64,000 nt of DNA from Candidatus Binatia bacterium (GTDB taxonomy: Bacteria > Desulfobacterota > Binatia > Bin18): NCBI GenBank assembly GCA_963664395.2, contig OY761159.2:2080001-2144000 (forward strand). Direction: 5' to 3'. A program made the translations under genes and the position numbers. The notes below the pieces were generated by a model, which worked only from the letters and a program-made list of their open reading frames with translations, did not search any database and was not told where the DNA came from. This document shows positions 9,046 to 19,018 of this stretch, piece by piece. Positions within the stretch are counted from its first letter, which is position 1. Each line of letters begins with the position of its first letter.

Positions 9046-9141
9046 GGGAACCCACCCCGGCCTACGGCCACCCCTCCGAGGAGGGGACAGAAAAATTCCC
9101 CTCTCGGGAGGGGTGCCGCGCCAGCGGTGGGGTGGGTTCCC
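9046..9141. repeat. About 96-bp multi-hairpin (cruciform) intergenic repeat
   Basis: Terminal IR GGGAACCCACCCC/GGGGTGGGTTCCC with internal CCCCTC..GAGGGG hairpins. Related copy at 17753-17846. Confidence 0.85.
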
Positions 9142-9153
9142 TCTACTAATCGC

Positions 9154-10020
9154 TCAGGCGGCAAACGCATCATGGCCTTTTGCGTAGGCAAAGATGCTCT
9201 GGCCGGCGTTGCGGTTCACTAATTCCCGTTCGTACATGGGATGAAACAGGCTGCGGACCTCATGTTCAAGCTCGCATAACAGCTTGCCCGTTTTGGGATG
9301 GACGATGGCCTGAAAGCGATACTGATGATCGTCGCTCTCCTGGGTGATCAGTTTGTGACGTTTCAAAAATGTATGCGGGGCTGAGAAGTTGGCAACGTAG
9401 ACGGCAATGTGATGCCCATCATAGGCGGGAATCGCCTTCGAGGTTTCTCGAAAACGTAAGACCTGAGAACGCCCGACCTGGACGTGGGCAACCGCTGTGC
9501 CGCGCTCTTGGATGACCGTGGCCGGTGTGTTCATCACTTCCTGATAGAACTGGCAAATCCCGCGGGCGGTGCGTGGTTCGACTGGCATCTCGATATAGGG
9601 CAGCCCCAGCGTCATGCTCCCGAATTGCGGACTCGGCGCGTAACAGCGCAACTGATTCCCCCACGGACACGTCACCGCGACATGGCCTTTTTTGGCCGAC
9701 CACCGAAAGGCCGTACTGGCGAGTCGCTTCTGCACCCGCTCAAGCCGGGTCTGCAACGCCTCCAAGTTTGGAACCACCACCCCGATGTGGCCTCTGAACA
9801 CCTGCGGCTCACTCGCCGGGAGGTGAAACTGCTGCTGGCCAACGTTCACCCACATATTGCCCGGTCCGACCATCATATACGGGTCGCGGGTAAACCCGAG
9901 GCCGGAGACATAGAAGGTCGAAGCAATCGCCTGGTCCGGAACGGTGACATTCACATGTTCCATTCCGAGTATGTTCCCAATATCCTGCGTGGTGCGATCA
10001 TATTTCTTTTTGTCTTGCAT
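9154..10020 (-). CDS. Conserved hypothetical protein, glyoxalase/VOC-like fold
   Basis: EHVNVTV, FYVSGLG, QQFHLP, GHHIAVY repeated VOC-like modules. Confidence 0.7.
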   Translation of the reverse strand: MQDKKKYDRTTQDIGNILGMEHVNVTVPDQAIASTFYVSGLGFTRDPYMMVGPGNMWVNVGQQQFHLPASEPQVFRGHIGVVVPNLEALQTRLERVQKRLASTAFRWSAKKGHVAVTCPWGNQLRCYAPSPQFGSMTLGLPYIEMPVEPRTARGICQFYQEVMNTPATVIQERGTAVAHVQVGRSQVLRFRETSKAIPAYDGHHIAVYVANFSAPHTFLKRHKLITQESDDHQYRFQAIVHPKTGKLLCELEHEVRSLFHPMYERELVNRNAGQSIFAYAKGHDAFAA

Positions 10021-10172
10021 AGCCTGCTATCCCTCCCTGATAGAAAATCTGCCCAAAATCTGCCCTGATAGAAAATTTGCGTTCTGATTATCTCTCGCCT
10101 CTCTCCATTTGACAAGCTTGGCAGAGAGGCTACCCGAATGGTAGGCTGTCAGGTTCAACCAAGGAGAAAACT

Positions 10173-11369
10173 ATGCTCGCCCTCGATCACGTGCGTATTC
10201 TCGATTTGTCGCATTTTGAGGCCGGTCCGTCGTGCACGGAGCTATTGGCCTTTCTTGGTGCGGATGTCATTAAAGTCGAGCCGCCCCACACCGGCGAGTC
10301 AGGCCGCAACTTTCTGACAAACGAGCCGGGACTCGATTCTCACTTTTTTATTCTGCTGAATGCCAATAAACGCAGCGTCACCCTCAATCTCAAAACCGAG
10401 CGGGGCCGTGACCTCTTCCGTTCTCTGCTGTCTCAGGTCGATGTCGTCTTGGAGAATTTTTCTCCGGGCACCATGGAGAGGCTCGGGCTCGGCTACAAAG
10501 ACCTTCAGCAGCTTGAGCCTCGGATTATCTATGCCACGATTAAGGGCTTTGGCACGTCCGGGCCGTGGAGTGGGTATAAGAGTTTCAACTCGATTGCCCT
10601 GTCAACCGGCGGGGCCATGAGCATTACCGGCTTACCCGACTCGCCGCCGCTCAAACCCGGCCCGACTATCGGGGATACCGGCACGGGCATCCACTGCGCA
10701 GTCGGCATTCTTGCCGCCCTGCTGCAACGCGGCAAGACGGGCACGGGACAGCACGTTGAAGTATCCATGCAGGATGCGGTGGTGAATTACATGCGTGTGC
10801 CCATGCGCCACCATCTCCAGGCCGGTGCCGTGGTGCAGCGCAGCGGCAACCGTCTCAGCCATGCTGCTCCCACAGACACCTATCCCTGCGCGCCGGGCGG
10901 CCCAAACGACTATGTCTATCTCATGTCCACGACGCCGCGGATGTGGGAGAGTTTATTGCGTACGATTGAGCGTGAAGATTTGATTGGCGACCCGCGCTAT
11001 ACCGCCACGTCCGAGCGCAACGCCCGCTTTGACGAGGTGTATGACATCATTCGCGCCTGGACCACCCAGTACACCAAGTTCGATGTCATGGAGCGATTTG
11101 GAGCAGTCGGCGTGCCGTGCGGGGCGGTCTTTGATTCGCACGATATTTTCACCCATCCGCAGTTGCGTGAACGCGGCATGGTCGCCACGGTTGAACATCC
11201 GACCCGAGGCAGCATCACCATGCCCGGCTGCGCGGTGCAGCTCGACGACTCTCCGGTCGAAGTCACCCCGGCCCCGCTGCTCGGTCAGCACAACAGCGAG
11301 GTCTACCGGGGCTTGCTGGGTCTTTCGGACGAGCAGTTGCAGGGGCTGGAAAAAGAGGGCGTTATCTAG
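10173..11369 (+). CDS. Family III CoA-transferase (CaiB/BaiF, formyl-CoA transferase-like)
   Basis: RILDLS..AGP, LGADVIKVE, NANKRS, ENFSPG, IGD, APLLGQH. Confidence 0.9.
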   Translation: MLALDHVRILDLSHFEAGPSCTELLAFLGADVIKVEPPHTGESGRNFLTNEPGLDSHFFILLNANKRSVTLNLKTERGRDLFRSLLSQVDVVLENFSPGTMERLGLGYKDLQQLEPRIIYATIKGFGTSGPWSGYKSFNSIALSTGGAMSITGLPDSPPLKPGPTIGDTGTGIHCAVGILAALLQRGKTGTGQHVEVSMQDAVVNYMRVPMRHHLQAGAVVQRSGNRLSHAAPTDTYPCAPGGPNDYVYLMSTTPRMWESLLRTIEREDLIGDPRYTATSERNARFDEVYDIIRAWTTQYTKFDVMERFGAVGVPCGAVFDSHDIFTHPQLRERGMVATVEHPTRGSITMPGCAVQLDDSPVEVTPAPLLGQHNSEVYRGLLGLSDEQLQGLEKEGVI

Positions 11370-11411
11370 TGCCACCCCGGCGACACCCACAGGGCAATCC
11401 TGCCGTACACC

Positions 11412-11711
11412 CTAGCTCTGGCCTGTGGCGAATTCTTCCATCTTCCCAGCCAGGGTAAAGTCCAGTTCGGTGATTCCGCCGGCATCGTGGGTTGCCAGGT
11501 CAACGTTGACCGTGCTGTAGACGTTGAACCACTCGGGATGGTGATTCATGGATTCCGCCACCAGGGCTGCACGTGTCATAAAACCAAAGGCTTGCACAAA
11601 GTCCCTGAACTTGTATTCCCGGTGCAACTTCCCGTCGGCCACTGTCCAGCCCGGCATACTACTCAGCCTGGCCTGAATGTCCGCATCCGATAGTTTCTGT
11701 CGGTCTGCCAT
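11412..11711 (-). CDS. phhB: Pterin-4-alpha-carbinolamine dehydratase
   Basis: [25 protein letters not shown]. Confidence 0.92.
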   Translation of the reverse strand: MADRQKLSDADIQARLSSMPGWTVADGKLHREYKFRDFVQAFGFMTRAALVAESMNHHPEWFNVYSTVNVDLATHDAGGITELDFTLAGKMEEFATGQS

Positions 11712-11748
11712 AGTCTCCTCCTGTCTGCGCTTTCTTTCACTTACGGTG

Positions 11749-13035
11749 TCAGCTCATGGGCGGCGCTGCTTCGGCCAGAGCAACATCTTCTACTTCGATC
11801 TTCTTAATTCTGACCACAAATAGGATGAGTGCACTGACTGCCCCAACCCCGGCGGCGACAAACAGCGGGACGGTCCAATCTCCGCCGCTGCGCTCAATCA
11901 TCTGCCCGGCCGACCAGGGACCCAGAACCCCGGCGAAGGTCCCGAGCGTATTCATCATACCGAAAATAGCGCCGGATTGGTGCGGATTAAACTCCAGGGC
12001 AACAGTGGTAAACACGCCTATACCCATGCTGAACAACCCATAAAAAATGACGAGAAAAACGGCACAGGTCAGCGGCGAGGAGGTCTGCGCCGCCAGAATA
12101 AGACACGGCAAGGCCAGGGCGAGACCAAAACCGCCAAAGCGCACGCGGGCAAACTGCGCACTCCAGCCGTTGCGCAGCAGCCAGTCCGACAACATCCCGG
12201 CACCAACGACCCCAAGAAACGCCGCGCCATGCATGAACACACCGACCGTGCCCATGACCCCCAGGGACATGCCGCGCGCCTCCACCAAATAGGTCGGGAA
12301 CCAGAACAGGAACATCCACAGCACATAGGCAAAACACATATAGGCCAGGGTCACGGTCAGCAGCGACGTGTTGGCAAAAACAGTCCGCAACGGCAGCGGG
12401 GCAGCCGGGCGGGGGAGCAGGTTAGCTTCAATATAGGTGCGTTCTTCTTCACTGATTTGAGGATGCTCACCTGGCGTGTCTGTGGCAAACCACAGCCACA
12501 GCGCCGCCCAGACAAGGCCGAGCAGGGCATTGAAATAGAAGACGAGCTGCCAGGAAAAATTAAGGATAATCCAGGTGGTGAGTGGGTAGGCAATCATTTG
12601 ACCGACCGTCACGCCGGACACGCTCAGGGTCTGCGCGCGGCCAAACTCGGCCCGCGGAATCCAGCGGGCATTGACAGAAGTCAGCGCCGGAATGGTGACG
12701 GACTCAAACATGCCGACCAGAAAACGGGCGCTGAGCAGTAGCCAAAAGGCGGAAACGGCCGGCGGGGTCAAGGCGGTGAACAGCGAGAAGCCACAAAAGG
12801 CGATGGCCAGCACTTTCCGCGCGCTCCAGCGGTCGGCCACCAGACCGCCCGGCAACTGGAGCACGGAGTAGCCAACCAGGAAGGCCGAGAAGACCAGCCC
12901 AAACTCACTCTTGCTCCAGCCGGAAGCATCCATGATAACCGGCGCCGCAACGGAGATATTCACCCGGTCGATGTAGTTAATGACGGTGCCGGAGAACAGC
13001 AGTCCAACAATTTTATACCTGACCGGCCTCGCCAT
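11749..13035 (-). CDS. MFS transporter (anion:cation symporter family)
   Basis: [12 protein letters not shown], about 12 TM helices, GLVADRWS. Confidence 0.9.
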   Translation of the reverse strand: MARPVRYKIVGLLFSGTVINYIDRVNISVAAPVIMDASGWSKSEFGLVFSAFLVGYSVLQLPGGLVADRWSARKVLAIAFCGFSLFTALTPPAVSAFWLLLSARFLVGMFESVTIPALTSVNARWIPRAEFGRAQTLSVSGVTVGQMIAYPLTTWIILNFSWQLVFYFNALLGLVWAALWLWFATDTPGEHPQISEEERTYIEANLLPRPAAPLPLRTVFANTSLLTVTLAYMCFAYVLWMFLFWFPTYLVEARGMSLGVMGTVGVFMHGAAFLGVVGAGMLSDWLLRNGWSAQFARVRFGGFGLALALPCLILAAQTSSPLTCAVFLVIFYGLFSMGIGVFTTVALEFNPHQSGAIFGMMNTLGTFAGVLGPWSAGQMIERSGGDWTVPLFVAAGVGAVSALILFVVRIKKIEVEDVALAEAAPPMS

Positions 13036-13159
13036 CGTCCCTCCTTGTGTGATGACCGGTGTCTGCGCCCCGTGCGGTCGAATCTGCCATGCGAGTGCTA
13101 TGTATGATAGATGCGTGCCTGTGGGTCAAGCGCGTTTACTCATTTGAGGAGGGCACCCA

Positions 13160-13708
13160 ATGCAACCGACCGGTGTGGTGATTAACCGAGAAAGCTGGCT
13201 GCTCTTAATGGAAGAGCCCTTGTATTCCGTCCGGTTTATTGACCGTGAAGGCACACAGGAGCTGGCCGTTGTCAGCCGGGTCGAAGACCTCGACTGGTTT
13301 ATCCAAGCGCCCCTGCCGCTCTCCCTGAGCCTGTCTACGTGGCAGAGTCCCGAGCAGGTGTGGGTGGTTGCCATCGGCTACCAACTGCATCCGACGTTTG
13401 GGGGGAGCAAAGGGGGCGTGTTCTATCTCAATCCGAGACAGGCGAGCGACGCCGCAATTCTGCACAAGCTCATCCGGCAGGATAACCTGGCGGTTATTTT
13501 GCTCAGTGAAGATACCGGACTGCATTACACCGTGTCCGTTCCCCTGTCCCCGCAACAACTGGAGCGCTGGCAAGCGGCCGTGCTTGGTCTGCCTGCGGAG
13601 GGCGAGCCGCTCGACGCGGAAGAAGACCCCGCCTTCAACCGCGCGCTTCAGGCGTTTCAGGAGCAGCATAGTCCGGACGATATTTTCGCAGAAAAACCGC
13701 ACCGCTGA
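13160..13708 (+). CDS. Hypothetical protein
   Basis: 182-aa ORF with RBS GAGGAGG and typical codon style. No family recognised. Confidence 0.65.
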   Translation: MQPTGVVINRESWLLLMEEPLYSVRFIDREGTQELAVVSRVEDLDWFIQAPLPLSLSLSTWQSPEQVWVVAIGYQLHPTFGGSKGGVFYLNPRQASDAAILHKLIRQDNLAVILLSEDTGLHYTVSVPLSPQQLERWQAAVLGLPAEGEPLDAEEDPAFNRALQAFQEQHSPDDIFAEKPHR

Positions 13709-14335
13709 GCAGGCCGGCCCGCAAGGCTGACAACCGTCTCCAAGAGGACACAGGGAAGCGCGCCTGGAGGGTTTCCTTTTCCTGGGCGTCAAGCGCCTGC
13801 ATAAACTCGTCGCGCGCCTCTTGCGCCTCCCCGCCGTGGAGCGTAATCGCCTCGGTGAGGGTCAGCGCTCGTTGGCAATATCGTCTTGGCTCATCTGGAG
13901 ATCGCTCATTGCGGAGCCTTCCCCAGGTGGGTTTTGTGCAGAGCTTCCTACGGGCAGAGCGAAGAGGAGAGCCAGTTGCAGGATAATAAGAGACCGGGAG
14001 AGGTGGCGCATGAATAAGTAAATTTTCTATATTTCTGAGAACTCTGCCCCCCTGCAATCCACATATGACCGTGGACCGCCGTTAGGGATTTTCTGAAAGT
14101 CGCTTTGACGAATGGTGCATAGGCGATGCCCATAAACATGTAATGCTGTATGGTGTCAATTATCCCTCGTTTCCTGAGTAAATATAGATAGTTGCGCGGA
14201 TATTTAGAGTTAAGAAAATGAGTATTGTATGTTTCTTTTCCGATTCAGGGTGCATTGCACTGACTTCTTGATTGACATGCACTCTGCCTCGCCCGTCTTG
14301 TCCAACGATTTCTTCAGCGCTAGACAGACGGACAT

Positions 14336-15229
14336 ATGAGTTACACCGTTATTGCAACAGGCTTGGCATTCCCGGAAGGTCCGGTGTGCGACCCGGACGG
14401 GAGTGTGTATTGTGTGGAAATTCGCGCGGGCCGCGTGCGGAAAATTGTTCCTGATGGAACGCTCTCCACCCTCGCCCATCCGGGTGGTGGTCCGAACGGG
14501 GCAGCCCGGGGGCCGGACGGAGCTCTCTACGTCACGAATAACGGCGGCTTTCGCTGGCGCAATGGGCTGCCGATTGGGCCGGCTGCGGACTACGAGACCG
14601 GACGCCTTGAGCGTATTGACTCCGGAGGCAAGGTCGAACGCTTGTACACTTCGTGTGACGGCGTACAACTCAGCGCGCCCAACGATCTGGTCTTTGATGC
14701 TGAAGGAAATTTCTACTTCACCGACCCGCTCCAGCGTGATCCCGCACGGCCTGAGCCGTTAAATGAGCCAACTCGGCGCCAGGGCAGTGTCTACTACGCC
14801 AGCCCGGATGGGACATGGATTCGGCGTGTCGCCACCAACCTGCAACATCCGAACGGCATTGGCCTCACCCCGGACGGCAAAACCCTGCTCGTAGCGGAAA
14901 CCTTTGCCTCGGCCCTGTGCGCCTTCCCCATTCTTGCCCCAGGCGAGCTCGGCCAGCGCCGGCCGTTTTGTCAACTCCCGGGCGGCCATTATCCCGATGG
15001 CTTTTGTCTGGATGAAGAAGGCTATGTCCTGGTCTGCGGGGTTCTGGGAGGGGGCATTATTGTCTTTGATCCGAAGGGGTATCAGGTCGATCGGATTCCG
15101 AGTGAAGACAAAGCAGTCACGAACATCGCCTTTGGCGGTGTCGATGCGAAGACCTTGTATATTACTGAGTCGGGGTTGGGCCGTGTTGTTGCGATGGAAT
15201 GGGAGCGGAGGGGGTTGGAGTTGCTTTAA
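14336..15229 (+). CDS. SMP-30/gluconolactonase/LRE family protein
   Basis: FPEGP, PNG, PNDL, FTDP, PDG, TNIAFGG. Confidence 0.9.
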   Translation: MSYTVIATGLAFPEGPVCDPDGSVYCVEIRAGRVRKIVPDGTLSTLAHPGGGPNGAARGPDGALYVTNNGGFRWRNGLPIGPAADYETGRLERIDSGGKVERLYTSCDGVQLSAPNDLVFDAEGNFYFTDPLQRDPARPEPLNEPTRRQGSVYYASPDGTWIRRVATNLQHPNGIGLTPDGKTLLVAETFASALCAFPILAPGELGQRRPFCQLPGGHYPDGFCLDEEGYVLVCGVLGGGIIVFDPKGYQVDRIPSEDKAVTNIAFGGVDAKTLYITESGLGRVVAMEWERRGLELL

Positions 15230-15230
15230 G

Positions 15231-15250
15231 GGTGGGTCCGAAGACCCACC
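15231..15250. terminator. Perfect hairpin between convergent genes
   Basis: GGTGGGTC-CGAA-GACCCACC; no clear U-tract. Confidence 0.45.
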
Positions 15251-15256
15251 AAACGC

Positions 15257-15886
15257 CTACAGATTGGTCCGGTAGTCCTGTTCGACAAATTCGTCAATCT
15301 TGTCGGCCATGCCGGCATCGCCGCCCATCTTGGCTGCCAGAATCTTGCCGAACGAGATTTTCAAGCGATCCTCCCAGGTATCGGGCTTCCAGAGTTGGGA
15401 CCGAATAAACGCCTTGGCGCAGTGGTAGAACACTTCTTTGATGTGGACTCGGATGGCAACCACCGCGAGTTTTCCACGCGCGGACAGACCTTCCAGAACT
15501 TCCGGGTCGGCCGTGAGTTCGGCCGTGCCATTGATACGCATTGTTTCCGGCGTTCCCGGCAACAGGAAAATAAGGCCAATATGCGGGTTCTCAATGATAT
15601 TGGTCAGACCAAAGATAAGCTTGTTGCCCGACCGATCGGGGATGAGCAGCGTGTGCGCATCCTCAATACGGACAAACCCCGGCCCATCCCCTTTGGGTGA
15701 GACATCCTGATTCCCTGCGACATCTGCCGTGGCGAGTAACAGAAACGGCGAGCGTTTGATGAAATCCGTGCACGACTCATCCAACTCTGTCCAGAGCTTA
15801 TGCGGGACAAGCTCACTCGGTGAGCCAATACGTTCGCGAAGCTGTTCCACACTCGTAATCCGATGCGGGTCTGCTGTTGCCGTCAT
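15257..15886 (-). CDS. Pyridoxamine 5'-phosphate oxidase-like FMN-binding protein (MSMEG_1061 family)
   Basis: DVSPKGDGPGFV, PDRSGN, ETMRING, YHCAKAFIRS. Confidence 0.88.
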   Translation of the reverse strand: MTATADPHRITSVEQLRERIGSPSELVPHKLWTELDESCTDFIKRSPFLLLATADVAGNQDVSPKGDGPGFVRIEDAHTLLIPDRSGNKLIFGLTNIIENPHIGLIFLLPGTPETMRINGTAELTADPEVLEGLSARGKLAVVAIRVHIKEVFYHCAKAFIRSQLWKPDTWEDRLKISFGKILAAKMGGDAGMADKIDEFVEQDYRTNL

Positions 15887-15983
15887 AGTGTCGTCTCCTT
15901 TTGCGGTGGCCTTGTCCCTTCCTTTCTACGCAAAACGCGATAAAGTGCAAGCTTCATTCACACGGAAACAAGGAGGATTACAG

Positions 15984-16781
15984 ATGGCTGATCTCAATAT
16001 CGGAGTCACAAACCGCGTCGGCGTTCTGACCATGAATCGCCCGGATAAGCTTAATGCGCTCACCAGAGACATGAACCAAGCGGCGGTTTCGACCCTGCGT
16101 GAGATGGCAGAAGATCCCGATATTGGCGCCATTGTTCTGACCGGCGCCGGCCGAGGCTTCTGCGCTGGGGGAGATGTGTCGGCCATGCAAAAGGGTGAAG
16201 AAATCGGCACACAGGATTCTACCCTTGAGCAACAGATCGACGAACTCCGCGAAGGACATACCTGGCCCTGGCTGCTGCACCATATGCCGAAGGTCACGAT
16301 TGCGGTGATTAACGGGCCGGCCGCCGGCGCAGGATTAGGCATCGCCTTGTCGTGTGACCTGCGCTTTGCCTCCGACCAGGCGCGTCTCGGGACGGCCTAT
16401 GCGCGGGTGGGCTACGGCGGCGATTATGGGACGACCTGGCAACTCAGCCGTTTGGTCGGACAAGCCAAGGCCAAGGAATTATTCTTTTTGCCGGACATGA
16501 TTACTGCGGATGAAGCCCTGCGGATCGGCTTGGTCAATCGCGTCTTTGCGCACGACCAACTCATGAACGAAGCCATGAAACTGGCCGAGCGTATCGCAGC
16601 CGGCCCCCTGGTCAGCTACCGCTATATGAAAGCCAACGTGAATGCGTCGGGTGGGGTAGATTTTCGCACCATGCTCGACCGGGAGGCGGAAACGCATCTG
16701 CGCTGTGGCCAAACGGAAGATCATCAAGAAGGCGTCAACGCATTTATGGACAAACGGCAACCGGTCTTCCGTGGCCGCTAA
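15984..16781 (+). CDS. Enoyl-CoA hydratase/isomerase family protein
   Basis: NRPDKLNAL, GFCAGGDV, GPAAGAG, EGVNAF. RBS AGGAGG before ATG 15984. Confidence 0.9.
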   Translation: MADLNIGVTNRVGVLTMNRPDKLNALTRDMNQAAVSTLREMAEDPDIGAIVLTGAGRGFCAGGDVSAMQKGEEIGTQDSTLEQQIDELREGHTWPWLLHHMPKVTIAVINGPAAGAGLGIALSCDLRFASDQARLGTAYARVGYGGDYGTTWQLSRLVGQAKAKELFFLPDMITADEALRIGLVNRVFAHDQLMNEAMKLAERIAAGPLVSYRYMKANVNASGGVDFRTMLDREAETHLRCGQTEDHQEGVNAFMDKRQPVFRGR

Positions 16782-16798
16782 GCATGAAAGGGGACAGC

Positions 16799-17641
16799 AT
16801 GGCTACGCAGCTCCTTGCAGATGGATTTATTTTTCTTGAAGGCCCGCGTTGGCACGATGGCAAACTCTGGGTCTCGGACATGTTTGCCGAGAAAGTGCTC
16901 ACGGTTGACACGCAGGGCAACACCGAGTTGGTCGCAACGGTTCCGCAGCGCCCGTCAGGACTGGGCTTCCTGCCGGATGGACGCCTGCTCATCGTTTCCA
17001 TGCACGATAAGAAACTGCTTCGGCAGGACCCGAACGGCCTCGCAGAAGTCGCGGATGTCTCTGCACTCGTCCGGGGCGATATCAACGACATGGTCGTTGA
17101 CGCCCAGGGCCGGTCCTATATCGGGAGCTTCGGCTACGACCTGATGGGTGGTGAAGACGCCCAGCCGGCAAACATTGTCATGGTCACGCCGGACGGACAG
17201 GCACGCGTGGTCGCGGACGGTCTGGGCTTCCCGAATGGCAGCGTGATCAGTCCGGACGGGAAGACCTTTATTGTTGCCGAAACGTTTGCGAACTGTTTAA
17301 CCGCCTTCAGTGTTGCAGACGACGGTTCGTTGTCGAACCGGCGCGTGTTTGCCCAACTGGACGAAGCGACACCGGACGGGATTTGTCTGGATGCCGAAGG
17401 GGCGGTCTGGGTGAGTTCGTTCGTGACTGGCGAATTTATTCGGGTCAAAGACGGCGGAGAGGTCACGCAGCGTATTCCTGTCCCGGACAAACGGGCCGTT
17501 GCCTGCATGTTGGGCGGAGAAGGGCGGCGCACGCTCTTCATGCTGACCGCGGCCACAACCGTAGAGGAGTTAGCCCAGGGGAAGTCCGAGGCGTGTATTG
17601 AAACGGTCCAGGTTGAGGTGCCGGGCGCCGGATTGCCCTAA
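16799..17641 (+). CDS. SMP-30/gluconolactonase/LRE family protein
   Basis: FLEGPRWHDG, IND, FPNG, PDGICLD. Confidence 0.9.
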   Translation: MATQLLADGFIFLEGPRWHDGKLWVSDMFAEKVLTVDTQGNTELVATVPQRPSGLGFLPDGRLLIVSMHDKKLLRQDPNGLAEVADVSALVRGDINDMVVDAQGRSYIGSFGYDLMGGEDAQPANIVMVTPDGQARVVADGLGFPNGSVISPDGKTFIVAETFANCLTAFSVADDGSLSNRRVFAQLDEATPDGICLDAEGAVWVSSFVTGEFIRVKDGGEVTQRIPVPDKRAVACMLGGEGRRTLFMLTAATTVEELAQGKSEACIETVQVEVPGAGLP

Positions 17642-17684
17642 GCCGGAGCCATAAAAAGAGGGCCTATGCCCTGATCCCCTCTCG

Positions 17685-17864
17685 GGACGTGTGATGCACA
17701 TTCCCAGGAACCCGCGCTCGCCAGACGCGCGGTGGCCCGCAGGGCCGGGGACAACCCACCCCGGCCCTGCGGGCCACCCCTCCAGGGAGGGGAGTTTTTC
17801 CTATCCCCTCTTGGGAGGGGTGCCGCTCAGCGGCGGGGTGGGTTCCTTTTTGCATCACACGTCC
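17685..17864. mobile_element. About 180-bp MITE-like element with 14-bp terminal inverted repeats, carrying a cruciform repeat copy
   Basis: GGACGTGTGATGCA (17685-17698) and TGCATCACACGTCC (17851-17864). Internal 17753-17846 resembles 9046-9141. Confidence 0.65.
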
Positions 17865-17927
17865 AAGGAGGGGAAGCGGAGTCTCCAAACCCTAGCCGCC
17901 CGTCCGGTCATGCGCTACGCTCGGGGC

Positions 17928-18359
17928 ATGGCAGAGACAATCTTTCTGAAAATCATTGTCGGCGAGATTCCGTGTCACAAAATCTATGAAGACGACCAGG
18001 TCTTCGCCTTTCTCGATATTGGTCCGATGAGCAGCGGCCATACCCTGCTCATCCCAAAAGAGCCGGCAGAAACGCTCGACCAGCTTTCGGATGAATCCGC
18101 GGCGGCCCTGGGCCGAGTGCTCCCCCGGCTGAGCCGGGCCGTTCTCAAAGCCAGCGGAGCCACGGCATTCAACATCCTGCAAAACAACGGCGCCAGCGCG
18201 CATCAGGCCGTTATGCACGTTCACTTCCATATTATTCCCAGATTCCCAGAGGCGGCTGAGGGCTCAGGTCTCGGTATCGAATGGCCGGCAGGAACGCTTG
18301 AAAATGAGGCAGGCCAGCGGCTGGCGGCAGATATCGCAGCGGCGTTGGACGAAGAGTAA
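17928..18359 (+). CDS. HIT family nucleotide hydrolase
   Basis: IFLKII.GEIPC, GHTLLIPK, HVHFHIIPR. Confidence 0.92.
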   Translation: MAETIFLKIIVGEIPCHKIYEDDQVFAFLDIGPMSSGHTLLIPKEPAETLDQLSDESAAALGRVLPRLSRAVLKASGATAFNILQNNGASAHQAVMHVHFHIIPRFPEAAEGSGLGIEWPAGTLENEAGQRLAADIAAALDEE

Positions 18360-18407
18360 GTTGACGCGATGGCAGGGTGGTCATACACTCCCAATATGCG
18401 TGCCAAA

Positions 18408-18459
18408 ATGAGTGAATGTGTCAGCATCTCCATGTCTGTTGGAGGGCGCGTTTACTCAT
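18408..18459. repeat. About 52-bp palindromic element (GAGTAAACG family), copy 2, upstream of apaG
   Basis: Reverse complement closely matches 6264-6314. Confidence 0.8.
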
Positions 18460-18483
18460 CTGAGAGAAAGAGGAGGAGACAGC

Positions 18484-18873
18484 GTGCCAGCCTCTGAAAC
18501 AGTTACACGAGGGATTCGCATCAGCGTGGAAACTACATACGATCCCACCCGCTCTTCTCCCCAGCAGAGCCAGTGGTTCTTCCTGTATACCATCCGCATC
18601 ACCAACGAAGGGGCAGTCACCGCCCAGCTCATGACCCGCCACTGGATTATTACCGACGCGACCGGCCATGTGGAAGAAGTCAAAGGACCGGGCGTGGTGG
18701 GCGAGCAGCCCATCCTGGCTCAGGGCCAATCTTTTGAGTACACGTCGGGCTGTCCTCTTCCCACACCCTTTGGTTCCATGCGCGGCAGCTATCAGATGAC
18801 CACGGCTGACGGAGAGCAGTTTGATGCCGAAATCAGCGAGTTTATTCTGCGCGAACCGCACGCCATGCACTAG
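18484..18873 (+). CDS. apaG: ApaG (Co2+/Mg2+ efflux-associated) protein
   Basis: YTIRITNEG, RHWIITD, GPGVVGEQP, FEYTSGC. GTG start with RBS GAGGAG. Confidence 0.93.
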   Translation: MPASETVTRGIRISVETTYDPTRSSPQQSQWFFLYTIRITNEGAVTAQLMTRHWIITDATGHVEEVKGPGVVGEQPILAQGQSFEYTSGCPLPTPFGSMRGSYQMTTADGEQFDAEISEFILREPHAMH

Positions 18874-18936
18874 GGAGCTCGAAGCGGACGGAACCCTCAG
18901 CCATGACCACACAAAAGAGTAGTATCTCACTTTTCC

Positions 18937-18995
18937 CCCTCACCCCAACCCCCTTCGACTCTGCTCAGGACAGGCTCTCCCCTGGGGGGAGAGGG
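18937..18995. repeat. Nested palindromic repeats
   Basis: CCCTCACCCCAACC...CTCTCCC..GGGAGAGGG element interrupted by CCTTCGACTCTGCTCAGGACAGG (18952-18974). Confidence 0.75.
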
Positions 18996-19018
18996 AGTAG
19001 AAGAATAGCGATTCCACT

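Noticed and set aside
17691-17927. N-terminal extension of the HIT ORF
   Set aside because: Derived from the MITE/cruciform repeat. The HIT domain starts at 17928.
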